A DNA stretch of 64,000 nt, taken from contig CM059432.1 in NCBI GenBank assembly GCA_030390025.1, positions 93,002,001 to 93,066,000 of the forward strand, in the 5' to 3' direction. Shown piece after piece: positions 51,131 through 63,935 of the stretch. A program made the position numbers and the translations under genes. Every line of letters starts with the position of its first letter. The first letter of the stretch is position 1. Source of the DNA: Squalus acanthias. Lineage: Eukaryota. The notes below the pieces were generated by a model that saw nothing but the letters and a program-made list of their open reading frames with translations, was not told where the DNA came from and did not search any database.

Positions 51131-51462
51131 ACATAGAAATATACAGAAGCTACAACACAGAAATAGGCCATTAGGACCAACCAGCCAGTGTCAGCATTTG
51201 CCCATGTGAGCAAAATGTCCTAATCACACATTTACCCACTCTGTTCCCATATCCTTTCATCACCTTTGCCTTCATTCATCTATCCAATCCATTTTTGAAT
51301 GTTGCCATAGTTCCTGCCCCAACCACTAACCCTGGAAGTGAATTCCACAGCCTCACAACTCTCTGTGCAAAGAGTTTCTCTTGTTTTCTGTTCTAAATCT
51401 CTTACTTTTATTCTTTTATCTATGGCCCCTCATTCTAGACCCCTCAACTACTGAAAACAGTC
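51131..51462 (-). mobile_element. Decayed CR1 3' end
   Basis: CATAGAAA tail and CR1-type 3' UTR. Confidence 0.65.
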
Positions 51463-51464
51463 TA

Positions 51465-53141
51465 CTTTGCATCTGTCTTTACCAAGGAAGAGGATGCTGT
51501 CAAAGTCATGGTGAAAGAGGAGGTAGTGGAGATACTGGATGAGATAAAAAATGATAGAGAGGAAGTACTAGAAAGGCTGGCTGTACTTAAAGTAGATAAG
51601 TCACCAGGACCGGATGGGATGCAAGTAAAGGTGGAAATTGCTAAGGTACTGGCCATAATCTTCCAATCCTCCATAGATACGGGGGTGGTGCCAGAGGACT
51701 GGAGAATTGCAAATGTTACACTCTTGTTCAAAAAAGGGTGCAAGGATAAACCCAGCAACTACAGGCCAGTCAGTTTAACCTCGGTAGTGGGGAAGCTTTT
51801 AGAAACGATAATCCGGGACAAAATTAACAGTCACTTGGACAAGTGTGGATTAATTAAGGAAAGCCAGCAGAGATTTATTAAAGGCAAATTGTGTTTAACT
51901 AACCTGATTGTGTTTTTTGATGAGGTAACAGAGAGGGTTGATGAGGGCAATGTGGTGTACACGGACTTCCAAAAGGCGTTTGATAAAGTGCCACATAATA
52001 GGCTTGCCAGAAAAGTTGAAGCCCATGGAATAAAAGGGACAGTGGCAGCATGGATATGAAATTGGCTAAGTGACAGGAAACAGAGAGTAGTGGTGAATGG
52101 TTGTTTTTCCAGACTGGAGGAAGGTACACAGTGGTGTTCCCCAGGGATCGGTACTAGGACCACTGCTTTTCTTGATATATATCAATGACTTGGACTTGGG
52201 TGTACAGGGCATAATTTCAAAATTTGCAGATGACACAAAACTTGGAAGTATAGTGGACAATGAGGAGGAGTGTGATAGACTTCAAGAGGACATAGACAGG
52301 CTGGTGGAATGGGCAGACACGTGGCAGATGAAATTTAATGCAGAAAAGTGTGAAGTGATACATTTTGGTAGAAAGAATGGGGAGAGGACATATAAACTAA
52401 ATGGTACAATCCTGAAGGGGGTGCACGAACAGAGAGACCTGGGGGTATATGTGCACAAATCGTTGAAGGTGGCAGGGCAGGTTGAGAAAGCAGTTAAAAA
52501 GGCTTACGGGATCCTGGGCTTCATAAATAGAGGTATCGAGTACAAAAGCAAGGAAGTTATGATGAACCTTTATAAAACACTGGTCTGGCCTCAACTGGAG
52601 TATTGTGTCCAATTCTGGGCACCACACTTTAGCAAGGATGTGAGGGTCTTAGAGAGGGTGTAGAAAAGATTTACAAGAATGGTTCCAGGGATGTGGGACT
52701 TCAGTTACGTGGATAGACTGGAGAAGCTGGGGTTGTTCTCCTTAGAGTACAGAAAGTTGAGAGATTTGATAGAGGTGTTCAAAATCATGCGGGGTCTAGA
52801 CAGAGTAGATAGAGAAACTGTTCCCATTGGCGGATGGGTCGAGAACTAGAGGACACAGATTTAAGGTGATTGGCAGAAGAACCAAAGGTGACAGGAGGAA
52901 AAACTTTTTTACGCAGCGAGTGGTTAGGATCTGGAATGCACTGCTTGAGAGGGTGGCGGAGGCAGATTCAATCGTGGCTTTCAAAAGGGAATTGGATAAG
53001 CACCTGAAGGAAATTTTTTTGCAGGGCTACGGGGAAAGGCGCGGGGGGTGGGACTAGCTGAAGTGCACTTGCAGAGAGCTGGCACAGGCTCATCGGGCCG
53101 AATGGTCTCCTTCTGTGCTTTAACCATTCTATGATTCTATG
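51465..53141 (+). mobile_element. CR1 LINE, 5'-truncated, same subfamily as 74-889
   Basis: ORFs 51508-53057 carry RT motifs, followed by an ATTCTATG tail. Confidence 0.93.
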
Positions 53142-53620
53142 ACATGGGCAGCAAAGTTTTGGATGAGCTTACATTAATGGAGGGTGCAAGGTGGGAGGTC
53201 AGCCAGGACAACAAGCGTTACTGCCTTCAGAAGAGAGTTTTAAAAAAAGGCTTAAATTTTCTGTATTGTTAACATGTAGTATAACTTGATCTGAACTTAT
53301 ACCTGAAATTAAGTGCCAGGTTGTTCCTCTTCAATGATTTTCTATTTGTGTTTCTCACTTTTTCTAGAAAGAAAGCATAAATGAACTTTCCAATAACTGT
53401 TTTACACAATGGCATTTTAGAATTATGCTTTAAGTCTCGTCTCATCAGGTAGAAGCACTGATTCAATTAATAAAGTACAAAACAAGACCAAACATTGTCC
53501 CAGGTAAAACAAACCAACTGGCTAGACCTCCATCTTGGTGTTAAACGTGCCTCCAAAAATTCATCCAAAGTGCAATCATTCCCGAAATATTTCTAGTTAC
53601 CAATGGTTCAACACTTTTAC

Positions 53621-53640
53621 CGCTGCTGCTTACCAGACAT
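53621..53640 (-). CDS. Coiled-coil gene coding exon 1 (MSGKQQR)
   Basis: ATG at 53640 just downstream of the X-box promoter. Donor CG|GTAAAA at 53620 is phase 2, in frame with exon 2. A competing donor G|GTAAGC lies at 53633. Confidence 0.55.
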
Positions 53641-53701
53641 TTCACTGGAATTTCCCTCTTTGCAGCTCCGATGTTCGGGGTTTGCACCAACTCAGCCTCA
53701 G

Positions 53702-53715
53702 GTTACCATAGCAAC
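53702..53715. promoter_or_regulatory. RFX X-box GTTACCATAGCAAC
   Basis: Near-consensus 14-bp imperfect palindrome about 60 bp upstream of the ATG, in a small CpG-containing patch. Confidence 0.8.
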
Positions 53716-53730
53716 AGCTCCCCGCCTGCT

Positions 53731-53764
53731 GACTTCCTGGAGACGGTTCCCGCCCCCGGAAGTG
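53731..53764. promoter_or_regulatory. ETS (GACTTCCTGG, CCGGAAGTG) and GC-box (CCCGCCCCC) promoter motifs
   Basis: Direct motif matches next to the X-box. Confidence 0.6.
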
Positions 53765-54305
53765 AAGCGTTTGCACTAGCTGGGAGGAGGCAGCGGCTGT
53801 ACAGGAGAGCAGAAATGACCTGCGGGAGTTAGTGTAATACATCTATAGACTTATTGGTTGAATCACTGCTTCTGTCTGATGTGTTACAGGTGGAAAACAA
53901 TGTTTTCTTTTTTTTAAAAAGTCGTTAATCGGAAGCCTGAAATCTAAAAGCATTTACAACTGCCTCCAGTTAATCTCAGCAGTTTACAAGATTTGCCCAT
54001 TTAAAGCAATGGCCTTCAAGGTGCAGCTGATCATCAATCGTGCTCCAGAGATAGGAGATGGCGAAAATGTAATATTTACATATGTGGATTTAGTTTCTAG
54101 TTTAAAAGTCTACCTCCATGGTCGATTCCCCGTGAAAGTATTTTTTAAATTAAGGTTAAATATTGCAGGATCATGATCACTGGTACTGTTCACACATGGG
54201 GGGCAATTTTCATTGTAGGCGACATTGGACAGGCGATGGGCGTAGCGATCGGGTCACCCACCCAATGTCACCTATTTTTCATAGTTGGGCCTCATTTTAA
54301 TTCAA

Positions 54306-54435
54306 GAGCAAAATACTGCGGATGCTGGAAATCTGAAATAAAAACAGAAAATGCTGGAAATACTCAGCAGGTCAGGCAGCATCTATGGAGAGAGAAACAG
54401 AGTTAATGCTTCAGGTTAATGGCCTTTCATCAGAA
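54306..54435 (-). mobile_element. Penelope 3'-end fragment with a 15-bp TSD (CTCATT[T/G]TAATTCAA)
   Basis: TSD copies at 54291-54305 and 54436-54450. Degenerate hammerhead core. Confidence 0.78.
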
Positions 54436-55269
54436 CTCATTGTAATTCAACAGGCAAGCTGCTCACACCTTTCCAGCAGGGACAGGCAGCTCACTTATTG
54501 GATGGGATGGTGGTGAATTCAGTGACTCCTCTGCAGAGCCGAGCAGCAGAGAGATGTTGGGTTGGGGTTGGAGGGCAGGCAGGTGTAGGGACTGGCAGTG
54601 GGCGGAGTGATTTTTGTGGCTATTAGGAAAAGCCTCCCTTAAAGACTAATGATTAGTCTATTCTATGTACAGTGCCACACAAGTGCTTCACCTAATGCAA
54701 GCTCAAAATTGCATCAGGGTCCTATTATGTCATAGGAACCAGATTTGCATATATTAAATGGACTCTGTTTTGGCCATTAGAATGCTGCCTTGCCTATTTC
54801 CTGGCCCACTCCAAAATCACAACAGGCTGGACGCCGGTGGGAACTCAGTGCCGTCTTGCAATTTTCATTCCCATCTGCCGGAGAAGAAAATTGGCTTCAT
54901 AATTTCCATACATTCAGCAGCTCTGGGAAAGCCATTGTGCCAGAGCACTTTCCATCCCACTCAACAACAACAGTAACAACTTCCATGTATATAGTGCCTT
55001 TAACATAGTAAAAGGTCCCAAGGCGCTTCACAGGAGTGTAATCAGACAAAAATTGACACCGAGCCAACAAAGTAGACATTAGGACAGGTGACCAAAAGCT
55101 TGGTCAAAGAGGTCAGTTTGATGTAGCATCTTAAAGGAGGAGAGAGTGGTTTATGGTGGGAATTCCACAGCTTAGGGCCTAGACAGTTGAAGGCACAGCC
55201 ATGAATGGTGGGTGAAGGGAGTGGGGGATGCACAAGACTAAATGGCTACAGGAGAAAGAAACCAAACCA

Positions 55270-56545
55270 AACACCTCCCAAACCCACGACCTCTACCACC
55301 TAGAAGGACAAGGGCAGCAGGCACATGGGAACACCACCACCTCCAAAATTCCCCTCCAAGTCACACACCATCCTGACTTGGAAGTATATCGCCGTTCCTT
55401 CATCGTCTCTGGGTCAAAATCCTGGAACTCCCTCCCTAACAGCACTGTGGGAGTACCTTCACCACACGGACTGCAGCGGTTCAAGAAGGTGGCTCACCAC
55501 CACCTTCTCAAGGGCAACTAGGGATGGGCAATAAATGCTGGCCTTGCCAGCGACGCCCACATCCCATGAACAAATAAATGAATTCCTGCAGCGATGTCCT
55601 GGGGCTGAGTTGATTGGCCTCCAACAACCACAACCATCTTCCTTAGTGCTAGGTATGACTCCAGCCAGTGGAGAATTTTCTCCCTGATTCCCATTGACTT
55701 TAGTTTTACTTGGGCTTCTTGATGCCACACTCGGTCAAATGCTGCCTTGATGTCAAGGGCAGTCACTCTCACCTCACCTCTGTAATTCAGCTCTTTTGTC
55801 CATGTTTGGACCAAGGCTGTAATGAGGTCTGGAGCCGAGTGGTCCTGGCGGAACCCAAACTGAGCATTGGTGAGCAGGTTATTGGTGAGTAAGTGCTGCT
55901 TGATAGCACTGTTGACGACACCTTCCATCACTTTGCTGATGATTGAGAGTAGACTGATGGGGCGATACTTGGCGGATTGGATTTGTCCTGCTTTTTATGG
56001 ACATACCTTGGCAATTTTCCACATTGTCGGGTAGATGCCAGTGTTGTAGCTGTACTGGAACTGCTTGGCTAGAGGCACGACTAGTTCTGGAGCACAAGTC
56101 TTCAGCACTACAGCTGGGATGTTGACGGGGCCCATAGCCTTTGCTGTATCCAGTGCATTCAGCCATTTCCTGATATCGCGTAGAGTGAATTGAATTGGCT
56201 GAAGACTGGCTTCTATGATGGTGGAAACCTCAGGAGGAGGCCGAGATGGATCATCCACTCGGTAGTTCTGGCTGAAGATGGTTGCAAATGCTTCAGCCTT
56301 GTCTTTTGCACTCACATGCTGAGCTCCACCGTCATTGAGGATGGGAATGTTCATGGAGCTTCCTCCTCTTGTTGGTTGTTTAATTGTCCACCACCATTCA
56401 TGACTGGATGTGGCAGGACGGCAGAACTTTGATCTGACCTATTGGATGTGGGATCACTTAGCTCTGTAGTTTCCGCTGTTTAGCATGTATGTAGTCCTGT
56501 GTTTTAGCTTCACCAGGTTGGCACCTCATGTTTAGGTACACCTGA
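55270..56545. mobile_element. Second-family LINE pieces: 3' end on + (55270-55580) abutting an RT fragment on - (55581-56545)
   Basis: ORFs 55518..55931 and 55995..56354, homologous to 11735-13193. Confidence 0.85.
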
Positions 56546-57539
56546 TGCTGTGGGAAAGTGAAACCGATGTTGGATTAGAGGCCAGTACATTGAGTGAGGT
56601 GAGGTATCGCCATTCAGATTGGCATAATGTGGAGAGAGCTACTGGAGAGGAAAGAGACTTTGACCCCTCCCCAAAGGGTGGGTGTTTTTAAACAATCATT
56701 ATTGGATCAGTCCCCTTACACAGGAGGCCAATGAGGATGTAGGGTGTTGGGGATGCGGGGGCCTGGGCGGGCAGGTGCCGGATGTTCCGGCTGCATGGAG
56801 CAGGTGGCAGCCAGAGATGAGGCTGCAGTGATGCTTGTGCCCGCTGGCTGCATGCAAATTAGATGGGGTCAGGACAAGCAATTTCACAGATTTTCAGAGC
56901 GTATCATTTGTAATTGTTTTGTATTTTTTTTCTGCTGGCCTTTTTGTCAATTGTTTTAAATTTTTTGCTCCCAACTGGCACCAACAGGGAATGAACTCCC
57001 TTTCCTGTGGTGCTTTGAAGAAGCATGTTTGCCTGTTATTTCTTATTCCCCTGCCCTTCTACTCTTGGCAATGCAGCAAATGGGCTGAAATGCCTTTGTA
57101 GCCTTTTCAAAGGCTTTCAGGATTGTGATATTTCCCTTGTCCCTATTCTTTTAAATTTCACTTACATGCAATGTTCCGCTCCCCACACCTTTGCAAATTT
57201 GCATCTGAATCTGTGCATAATTATACAAATAGGTGACCCATGAAATTTGAGTGTTATTAGTATATTACCATTCCGACAGGATTAGCACCAGCTCTTAATC
57301 ATTTATAACTGATTTACAGCAATGGAGGAAAATCAGCCTATTCGTATCGTTGGTGAAATTAAATATTTTTTAAATAAATGTTAAAGGTTAGAGAAAAAAA
57401 TCCATGTATTATATCTATAAGTATTTAACAATTAAAGAAGCTGACCTTTATAGCTATCTTCTCTTGCACATTCATGGGAATTATTCATTCTCGTACATAC
57501 ATTATCTATGGTTTTTAACAATTATTCTTGACGTTCAAG

Positions 57540-57925
57540 CCTTGAGCACATAATCTAATCTGACACTTAAGTGCAGTACTAAGGGAGTACTGCAATCTGA
57601 GGAGCCATCGTTTGGATAAAACATTAAACCGAGGCCCCGTCTGCCCTCTCAGACGGACGTAAATGATCCCATGGCACTATTCGAAGAACAGGGGAGTTCT
57701 CCCAGTGTCCTGGTTAACATTTATCCATCAACCAATATCACTAAAATGGATTATCAGGTCATTTATTTCATTGCTGTTTCTGGGAGCTTGCTGTGTGTAA
57801 ATTAGCTGATATGTTTCCCTACATTACAACAGTGGTTACACTTCAAAAAGTACTTAATTGGCTGTGAAGCGCTTTGGGATGTCCTGAGGTTGTGAAAGTC
57901 ATTATATAAATACCAGTTTGTTTGT
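57540..57925 (+). mobile_element. SINE, 5'-truncated (18510 family)
   Basis: Body and tail are collinear with 18585-19488. Confidence 0.78.
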
Positions 57926-59546
57926 TTATTACAAGATGTCTCTGTCTGAAGATGACATGAGTTGCAGGACCTAAAGAAATGTCAAGTTACTGTAAGCACA
58001 TATATACAGAGATCTGAATTTTAATCCAAAATAATCCTGTAATATTGTCGATCATGCATCAAAAATGTTAAATTTCTTTGGGTTCTGCATTTTATTTCTA
58101 TCAAACAGAAGCATATTGCAATGGTAAGATTCTTTTAAAACTGTAAGTAATATATATACAATGGTAAGTAATGTACTGCAGAATGTAGCTCCAAGGATAA
58201 GCTTTTCCAATATATTTGTTTCTTTAAACTCTGCTGTCCTATTAAAAACCATAAAGGCTTGTTGGTAATCCACGTGCTGCATGAAAAATCTTTTGATTGG
58301 ATTACTACTACGTTGTGATTCACTGTGGCATTCATTATCCCCTATGTAATCAGCACAAGAAGATATAATCTCTGGAAAAAAAACAAGCTGGTCTCATCCC
58401 AGTTTGCCATGAAGCCTGTATGTTTCAGCCAGTGATGTCATGATTTGATTCATAGACTATTTATGCAATGTGTCCATATGTGTGGCATGATGAGATAGGT
58501 AGACACTAAATAATGAAATACTGGAAAAGGTAGTGACAGTTATGCTCAAATCTGATTTTAGAAAGATGTTTTAAGTAGAGGACAAAATGAGAGCTAGTGG
58601 ACAGAGTAGCAAAGTCAAATGATGAGATAGAACAGGAAATTGGTGGGAACAGATCTGAGCAGGAATGGTGAGAGGCAATCAGAGAAAGGCTTGAGGCGGA
58701 ATGGATTTAGCTAGATTGGCCAAGGCACAGAGTATGGTTATAAGAGAATTATTTTCTGTACAAAAGCAGAAAAATTATGAATTTAAATCCCTGCATATAT
58801 TATAATTATTATTCTGCAATGAGGATACCATAAGAGGCTTTCTGGTTCCTCAATCAATTTAATTTCAATATCACTTTTAACTGTAATTAACACACTTTTG
58901 ATTTTTATTAAGATCACATTAATATAGCAGAAAGTGAGCATGAGTCTACCATTTAATCTTGTAGTTAAGATGATTTTAATAAATCACTCAAATTTTGCTG
59001 TCATGTCTTATGGCATCATTTAAAATCTTTTTACTCAATTCCAACCATCTATAATTCTACATGTCATCAGCCTCACCCTAGTGTACAGCTAAGTACAGGT
59101 ATATGTGCTGATCTATAACCTTGGATTCAATTTAATGTCAGTTCTAATAAAATAAAATCCCTTTTAAAAACAATAAAGTCCCCAATCATATCTCTTTTGT
59201 GTAATATTGCACATTTTTAAAAACAATCCTCCCCCCACTAATTTTCTCCATTTTTCTCATCTACTCTACTGAGGGCGCTGACTTACACTACAATTCCAAG
59301 GGTGCCAAGAGCCCTTATCCACGTGATAATTCTTCAGACAGTGCACGCCCAAAGAGGCCCGAGGATCGATGGAAATTGGTCCTCGGGCCTCATCTGAATA
59401 ATTGGGGAGAGTTGACGGCACTGGTTGCGCCTTCACAGGCAGTTCACCTGACATGAGATGCCAATTTTGTGCCGCCTTCCTCGACGGCACCGTTTCTCTG
59501 GTAGGTCCGGGAGTGAGGGGGGTGCGATTGCAACTCCTGTGGAGTC

Positions 59547-59878
59547 TAGGGTTGCCAACTCTGGATGTTCATTTTCCTGGCGTGTCATCACATGACCTGT
59601 CTCCAACCGCACCGCCCCCACACTCCCGCCACTGGTCACATCAATTGGAAAACGAATAGACTTTTCATCAACCGATTGGAGGATTCTTGATTGCCAGTCA
59701 AACAGCGTTTTTTCCCATGTCCATTATTTTATTAACTAAGAAATGAAAGTGTTCAAAGAAAATTAAAAATAAACAATTTTTTATTGCCCCTATGATTTTT
59801 CTCCTGAGTTGCTTGCAGCAGTGTCCTGGAGATTAGTCTTTAATTCCTGGAGACTCCAGGGCAATCCTGGAGGGTTGC
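59547..59878. mobile_element. hAT-like non-autonomous element
   Basis: Begins TAGGGTTGCCAAC and ends with repeated CCTGGAG motifs and GAGGGTTG. Confidence 0.45.
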
Positions 59879-60321
59879 GGGAGCACTCCTGCTCCTCCTG
59901 GCTACAGAGGAACTTGCTTCTTAAAAGAAAATTAAATAGCTTACCTTTGGCTGGTGGCTGCGGGCCTGCTGAATAATCTTGAGTGGGGCAGGCCCAACTC
60001 GACTGCTCATCACTGCCCGATTTGTCAAAGAGGTCTTTTTTCAGGTGTTAGGGCCCTAATTTACATATTCAAGGGGCCTAATGACTACAAAATGTGTCCC
60101 GTGAATCTGGCAGTGGGACCAATGCCTGCGCAGATTGGACGCAGACTGTCCCACTGCAAAATGGGTGCAACGCAAACCAATTTCTACCCCCTGGTTATTT
60201 CTTTTCTGCACGATGAAAGATTGACAGACTACAAAATATATTCAAAGTGACATTATTTTATCATGTTTGAGTGGATGGTGTTATTAACATTATCTTTCCT
60301 CGTGCATTTACCCTCTTTGAA

Positions 60322-61275
60322 TCATGAGCTTTTGTCTTTGTTCCCGTATAGTTGACTTACTCCTAAGTGCTCCCCGGGTGAAGAATTAAGAGAAGTGGCT
60401 TGCTGCTCAGCCAATTGACAAGCTGCAGGGAATTCAGCATCTGTGACTTCCCCTGATGTACCTGCATCAATGCCAAGAGACTCCTTTGCTGAAGTCACTT
60501 GGGACTCATTGATTTTGGGGGTAGAGCCTGCAGTCACTTGTGCAGTGTCACGTGATAGCACAGAATTGCTGCTGACACGAGTGGCAGCTGGCTGCTCCTG
60601 TGTTTTCCACGTCACTGCTGGAGAGCATATTGTCATCAGGCTCACTGATCCCTCTATGGGTTCTCTGAAAGTCTTCCTTATGGTTGCCTGGAAGCATTCA
60701 TCAAACAAGCAGAAGCCACTCATGGCAGCTTCCTGCATACTAGGTGATGTGAAGAATCCCATGAGTGGCATCATAAATTATCTGCTCCTTCATAAAATCA
60801 TACCTGTCAGTTTCCACTGTGCTGGAAGATTGTCCTTAGAGCCTCCATGTAGGTATGATGTTCCTCAAACATCCTTCTTTTCATGCAAGTGTCCATGTGT
60901 TCTGGGTCACACAACTTTGAAGCCATACCCTCTCCTCAGCCTCCACTGGGAAGGGGCAAATCCACCTCCACTTGCCACACCTCCAGGTCCCCCATGCTCG
61001 GTGAATCACCTGGTACCAGTTCCTCACTACGACTATCTAATTCCAACCAGTTGGATATCTCTGACCTGCAGCTTGGAAGAGAGGAAGGAAGTGTGGCAGG
61101 TGGTAACTTGGAGGGGTTTGGAGCAGAGGTAGATGGGGCGGGTTGAATCAGGTAGATGCGCAGCTTGGGCCTCCTTCTTATCATCATCTCCATATATAAC
61201 GAGAAAGGCCCCAGGTCCTGCTCCTGAGCATCATCTTCCTCCAGCTGAGACCCTTGTTGCTGTGGTGGATCTGCA
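60322..61275 (-). pseudogene. Decayed Harbinger Myb/SANT-gene 3' exon-like sequence
   Basis: Acceptor ttcctgcag, then an acidic stretch (EEDDAQEQ), PSTSA and a low-complexity S/A/Q tail resembling 9459-10420. Frame is broken. Confidence 0.45.
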
Positions 61276-61468
61276 GGAATGGATGGCAGAAGGTAAGAAT
61301 CTTCCTTAGAATAAACTTCTCAAAACCGATCTCTTTGACCAAGCTTTCAGGCAACCATCCTATTCACTTTCTTGGCTCAGCATTTATTTTCCTTACATCT
61401 GTCTGTGAAGCACCTTATGTTACAGGCAATATATAAATGCATATTGTTACTGTTGTTATGTGTACATT

Positions 61469-62234
61469 GGCCCAGAAATTGAACTTCGATGGTTGTCGCG
61501 GGGGTAAGGATCCCCCGCGATATCGCACTCCGCGCCTGCCTTTATGGTTTTGGCCCACACGAACTTCAGTTCCTGGGCCTCTCCCTGGTGCCGGCGCGCA
61601 GTGTGTGCGTGTCCCAGAGGCGCAGTTAGTGCGATGCGACCTCTGGGATCACGTGGGCCAGTTAAAGCCAATGGCAGCACACCATCTTTCATTCATAGTT
61701 TTGACAGGAAGAGCTGTCAAAACTATGAATACAACAAGCCCCCAAAAGAACAGCTAAACCTCAATTAAATAAAAAAAAAAAGCCATCACATTAATAAAAT
61801 AACTATAGTTAAATAAATTAACCACTTTAAACAAAAATTTAAATTTTTGAAAAAATTTAAATTCTTTTTAAAAGTTATAAAAATAAACTTACCTTTCTTT
61901 AAAGTCTCTAAAAAAGATAAACCTGTTGAAATTTTTTTAAAATAATACTTAATTAACTACTTACCTTGTTAAAAGGGGGTCTTACGCCTGCTTTCTTCAT
62001 GTGTAAAATCTTCAACACTTACCTGCGCGTTCAAACCTGAAAAAAAAACTAAGTGTGCTGCGTGCGCGCAACCTGTAGTGCGCACGCGGTTCACTTAGGA
62101 ACCGCCCCCTTCGCAATACCCGAAGTGCCGGTTTCCCACGCATGCGCAGTGCATGCAGGAAACCGGCACTTCGGGACCTAATACGCGAGAGTACACAGTG
62201 CGTAATCTCCCATATTAGGTCTAATTTTTGGGCC
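61469..62234. mobile_element. Harbinger-type MITE
   Basis: TIRs GGCCCAGAAATT and AATTTTTGGGCC, AT-rich core. Confidence 0.7.
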
Positions 62235-63646
62235 AATGTGTATAAACACATTAATGTAACATATATCAGTGTTTTTCAAACTTAATTGTGTGAAGGACCC
62301 CTACAAATAAAATCATGCTTCTGCAGACCCTCCAAATATTGACACACTCCTAGAGATCCCCTGCAAATATTTATATATTCTTGTGTCTAAACTTCTGAAA
62401 GAACCATGTCAACTACCCAAAGAAAAAGAAACAGTGCTATCTTGCAGAAAACATTTTTAATATATACAGCAACAGAAATAACACACGTCAACAAATACAG
62501 AAAGTATATACTACAGATTTTTTGAGACACTATGCTCATAGCAGGCCTTAAATGGTCAAATCTCATGAACTTAAGGACCCCTTAGCTTGGAAACCTGACA
62601 TAGGATTAATATATGACAAATGTCTGCATAATCATGCAATCTCATCAAGGTGGCACCAAAGAGTCTTTGTCTGTATTAATCCCACAATTCTGTTTCCTTG
62701 AAGTTAATGGTTTCTCTTGAGAGGGTCCACAACCTACTGCACTCGTTGCCCTCATATAATACGTGAATGATTAGAATAATTACAGTGGATCAAGACATGT
62801 TGATTTAGCACCTGGAAATTCATTTGTTTCTCTGTGTGAGCATTGTGTTTTTATATATCTATAATTATCTATAATTACTCAGACTTGGCTTCTTCTCTAT
62901 ATATGTTCTCAATCTACATATTAAAAAAGGCTTATTTTTTTGCCTTAGCTTGTTGATGTTTCTTGAGCCATGAGGTTACGTCTGAACTTTCAGTTGTTCA
63001 TAATAGCCGCACCCAAGCTCACATGCTCTGGGACATATTGCCAAGCTCTTTGTCTCTGTTGCCTACCTGTGGATTGTTCTGCTGCACCAAAAAAGGTCAG
63101 CATATTTCTCCATTATGCAGTCCACAAAGACTCTATGGTACTGTCTCCAAAATGGGCTTTTCCCAGATTTAATTATGCCACTCCTGTATTTGGGAACAAC
63201 TCCACAGATGTATTAAAAATGTTTTTGTTATTTATACTGGGCAAGTGGCTTTTCAGCTACGAGCATTATTGCAGATGCACGTTTTCTGTTGTTCTCATAA
63301 ACTAAATTGAAATAAAGATTAATAACCAATAAGAATGAACAACAATTTTTTTGTTTGCAAAATTGAGTTGATCTTACCAGGTTTTCACTGTCCTACTGGA
63401 AGAATTGATGCTTGTTAATTCAATTCAAAATAAAGAATGGTCTCTACTGCCACCCACAGTCAATCCTCTGTACTTGAGAGGCCATAAAGAAATGTTTTAA
63501 AGAAATGCTTGGATTTATATAGCACCTTATCACATGTCATAACATTTCAAAATACTTCGCATGAATTACTTTTTCAAGTGTAGCTGTAGATGTTACACAG
63601 GCAAATAAGTGATTAATAGTGAACAAGTAGATGGTATATTAATTTG

Positions 63647-63935
63647 ATAGCAAAATACTGTGGATGCTGGAAAATTGAAACAACAACACAAAACACTGGA
63701 AAAACTCAGCAGGCCAGGCAACATCCGTGGAGAGAGAAACAGAGTTAACGTTTCAGGTTAGACCACCCCTTTTGTTCTTTTATTCCTCCCCCCAGCCTCC
63801 CCCTTGCTTTTTTATGTTTCATTTCCTGCTTTTTTCTCAGTTCTGATGAATGGTTTCGACCTGAAACGTTAACTCTGTTTCTCTCTCCACGGATGTTGCC
63901 TGGCCTGCTGAGTTTTTCCAGCGTTTTCTGTTGGC
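63647..63935. mobile_element. Inverted-repeat Penelope-end insertion with an 11-bp TSD (ATATTAATTTG) and hammerhead at 63839-63874 (+)
   Basis: TSD copies at 63636-63646 and 63936-63946. Inverted arms at ~63697-63758 and ~63859-63921. Confidence 0.82.

Noticed and set aside
60443..61132. 229-aa plus-strand ORF
   Set aside because: Appears to be the antisense of a decayed Harbinger-type sequence; no domain evidence.
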